Shown here: piece after piece, positions 62,826-64,000 of the stretch | Numbering within the stretch: the first letter of the stretch is position 1 | Layout: each line of letters opens with the position of its first letter | From: Cycas panzhihuaensis | Lineage: Eukaryota > Plantae > Cycadophyta | Length of the DNA stretch: 64,000 nt | NCBI GenBank assembly: GCA_023213395.1 | Contig: CM041465.1 | Location: 182,411,741 to 182,475,740, forward strand | Direction of reading: 5' to 3' | Translations under genes and position numbers: made by a program | Notes under the pieces: model-generated | Database searches by the model: none | What the model was told of the DNA's origin: nothing | What the model saw: only the letters and a program-made list of their open reading frames with translations

Positions 62826-64000
62826 CAATCATAGGTGAAGAACAACACAATTCCAAACAAATCTTGCAAATAAGCCCATTAAAAGGTATCTAAATGATTA
62901 TTAGAATCTGACACTTGAAGAACAAAAAGTGGTTGGATTCCAAACATGTTTTAGTTGCTTGCAATATATATAATCACAAAATAGGAAAAATCTAGAGAAA
63001 GTTGTGATATAGCACTTTAGTGTTGAGCAAAAGACACATGAACCACATATGTGGATTCAACAAATGGAGAAATATTTCTATTTGATGGAAAATGAAGATG
63101 AGGAACAAGAGTTGCCTTTTAAACCCTCGAGAAAGCTAGAAACCCTAGGCTAGCCACAAGCATGAGATAATCCCAATGGCTACAAGGCTCAACCATATAT
63201 AATATGATTGAGGAAATGGAGAAAAAACTAAGCCCAAACCCTATGTTGGGCTTGCCCTTATTGCAAAAGACGTTAGATACCCCTACAACACTAGGACAAT
63301 AGGTCATATGCACCACCATACACATAGGAGGCACATAACACAAGCAGTCATAAGCAACCATCTCTTCTAGCTAAGAGTTGGTTAACCCAACTCCACACAG
63401 TCCTATATGCCACCTTGCATCTCTCCCATGGGATGAACCCATATCTTTAGAAATTAGACTAGTGTGTAGCTCTTGATTGGCTATGGTATCTCCCTCCAAG
63501 TTGTAGCTTACCATACTCTCCACAATCGCCATCGTTGTCATGGGCATCTCGATGCCTTTGGTTGATATGTTTACTGCTAGCTGTAGTGAGACCACAACCG
63601 CTATGAGGATCCCCTTATTTGGCAATTTCCCACTGATCTTATAGAGACCACATATTGCTTTAGCTTAGAACTCTACTAAATAACATAGAGCACCATCTCC
63701 CTCTTGACTAGGGCCTCTATTGCCTCTTTCTTGCTCCATCTCACCTTCATGAAGCCATATGCGATTCCCCTACCTAAGGACTATGCAAACTAGCCAACTC
63801 CTCCCTTTGAAATGATCCTGCCTGCCCGAAACCCTCCACAAGAAACTTAAACCTGGCTAACCCACTCTTGAAGGACTTGCAAAGGCTTTAGATTCAAACC
63901 CACAAACCTTAAGTCTCTCACACTAAAGGAGTGCTTGCCATGCTATCCTCTACTCCCTTCACTTGCCCCATAACTCCTGTAGGAATCCTCTTACACTCCC

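Noticed and set aside
62831-64000. Distinct gene or classifiable element at the right edge (also 56640-57051 and 18300-20128)
   Set aside because: Probably very old repeat debris. No diagnostic motif, termini or TSD could be established.

Overview
Land-plant nuclear DNA from a large, heavily methylated genome. About 85-90% of the window is decayed LTR retrotransposons. Six are TSD-bounded: two chromoviral Ty3/Gypsy and four Ty1/Copia. A non-autonomous Copia-type element, two TSD-bounded solo LTRs, several truncated or nested elements and a LINE fragment are also present. The only host coding sequence I can recognise is a single 220-bp internal exon (38332-38551, +) of an AIP2-like RING E3 ligase. 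No neighbouring exon is visible, so the whole window appears to be two giant TE-filled introns. The most striking object is the youngest element (32233-36760, near-identical 366-bp LTRs, TSD GAAAC). It has no functional gag-pol but carries an antisense, deletion-riddled capture of an L-type lectin receptor-kinase ectodomain, which the supplied ORF track does not show. Other notable structure: a five-layer nested stack at the left edge; LTR palindromes that show compensatory change and coincide with rearrangement breakpoints; an 89-bp LTR-end fragment with a 29-bp duplication inside its own family member; and a conserved hairpin just before the chromovirus PPT. All alignments and mismatch counts were made by eye, and no database searches were run.
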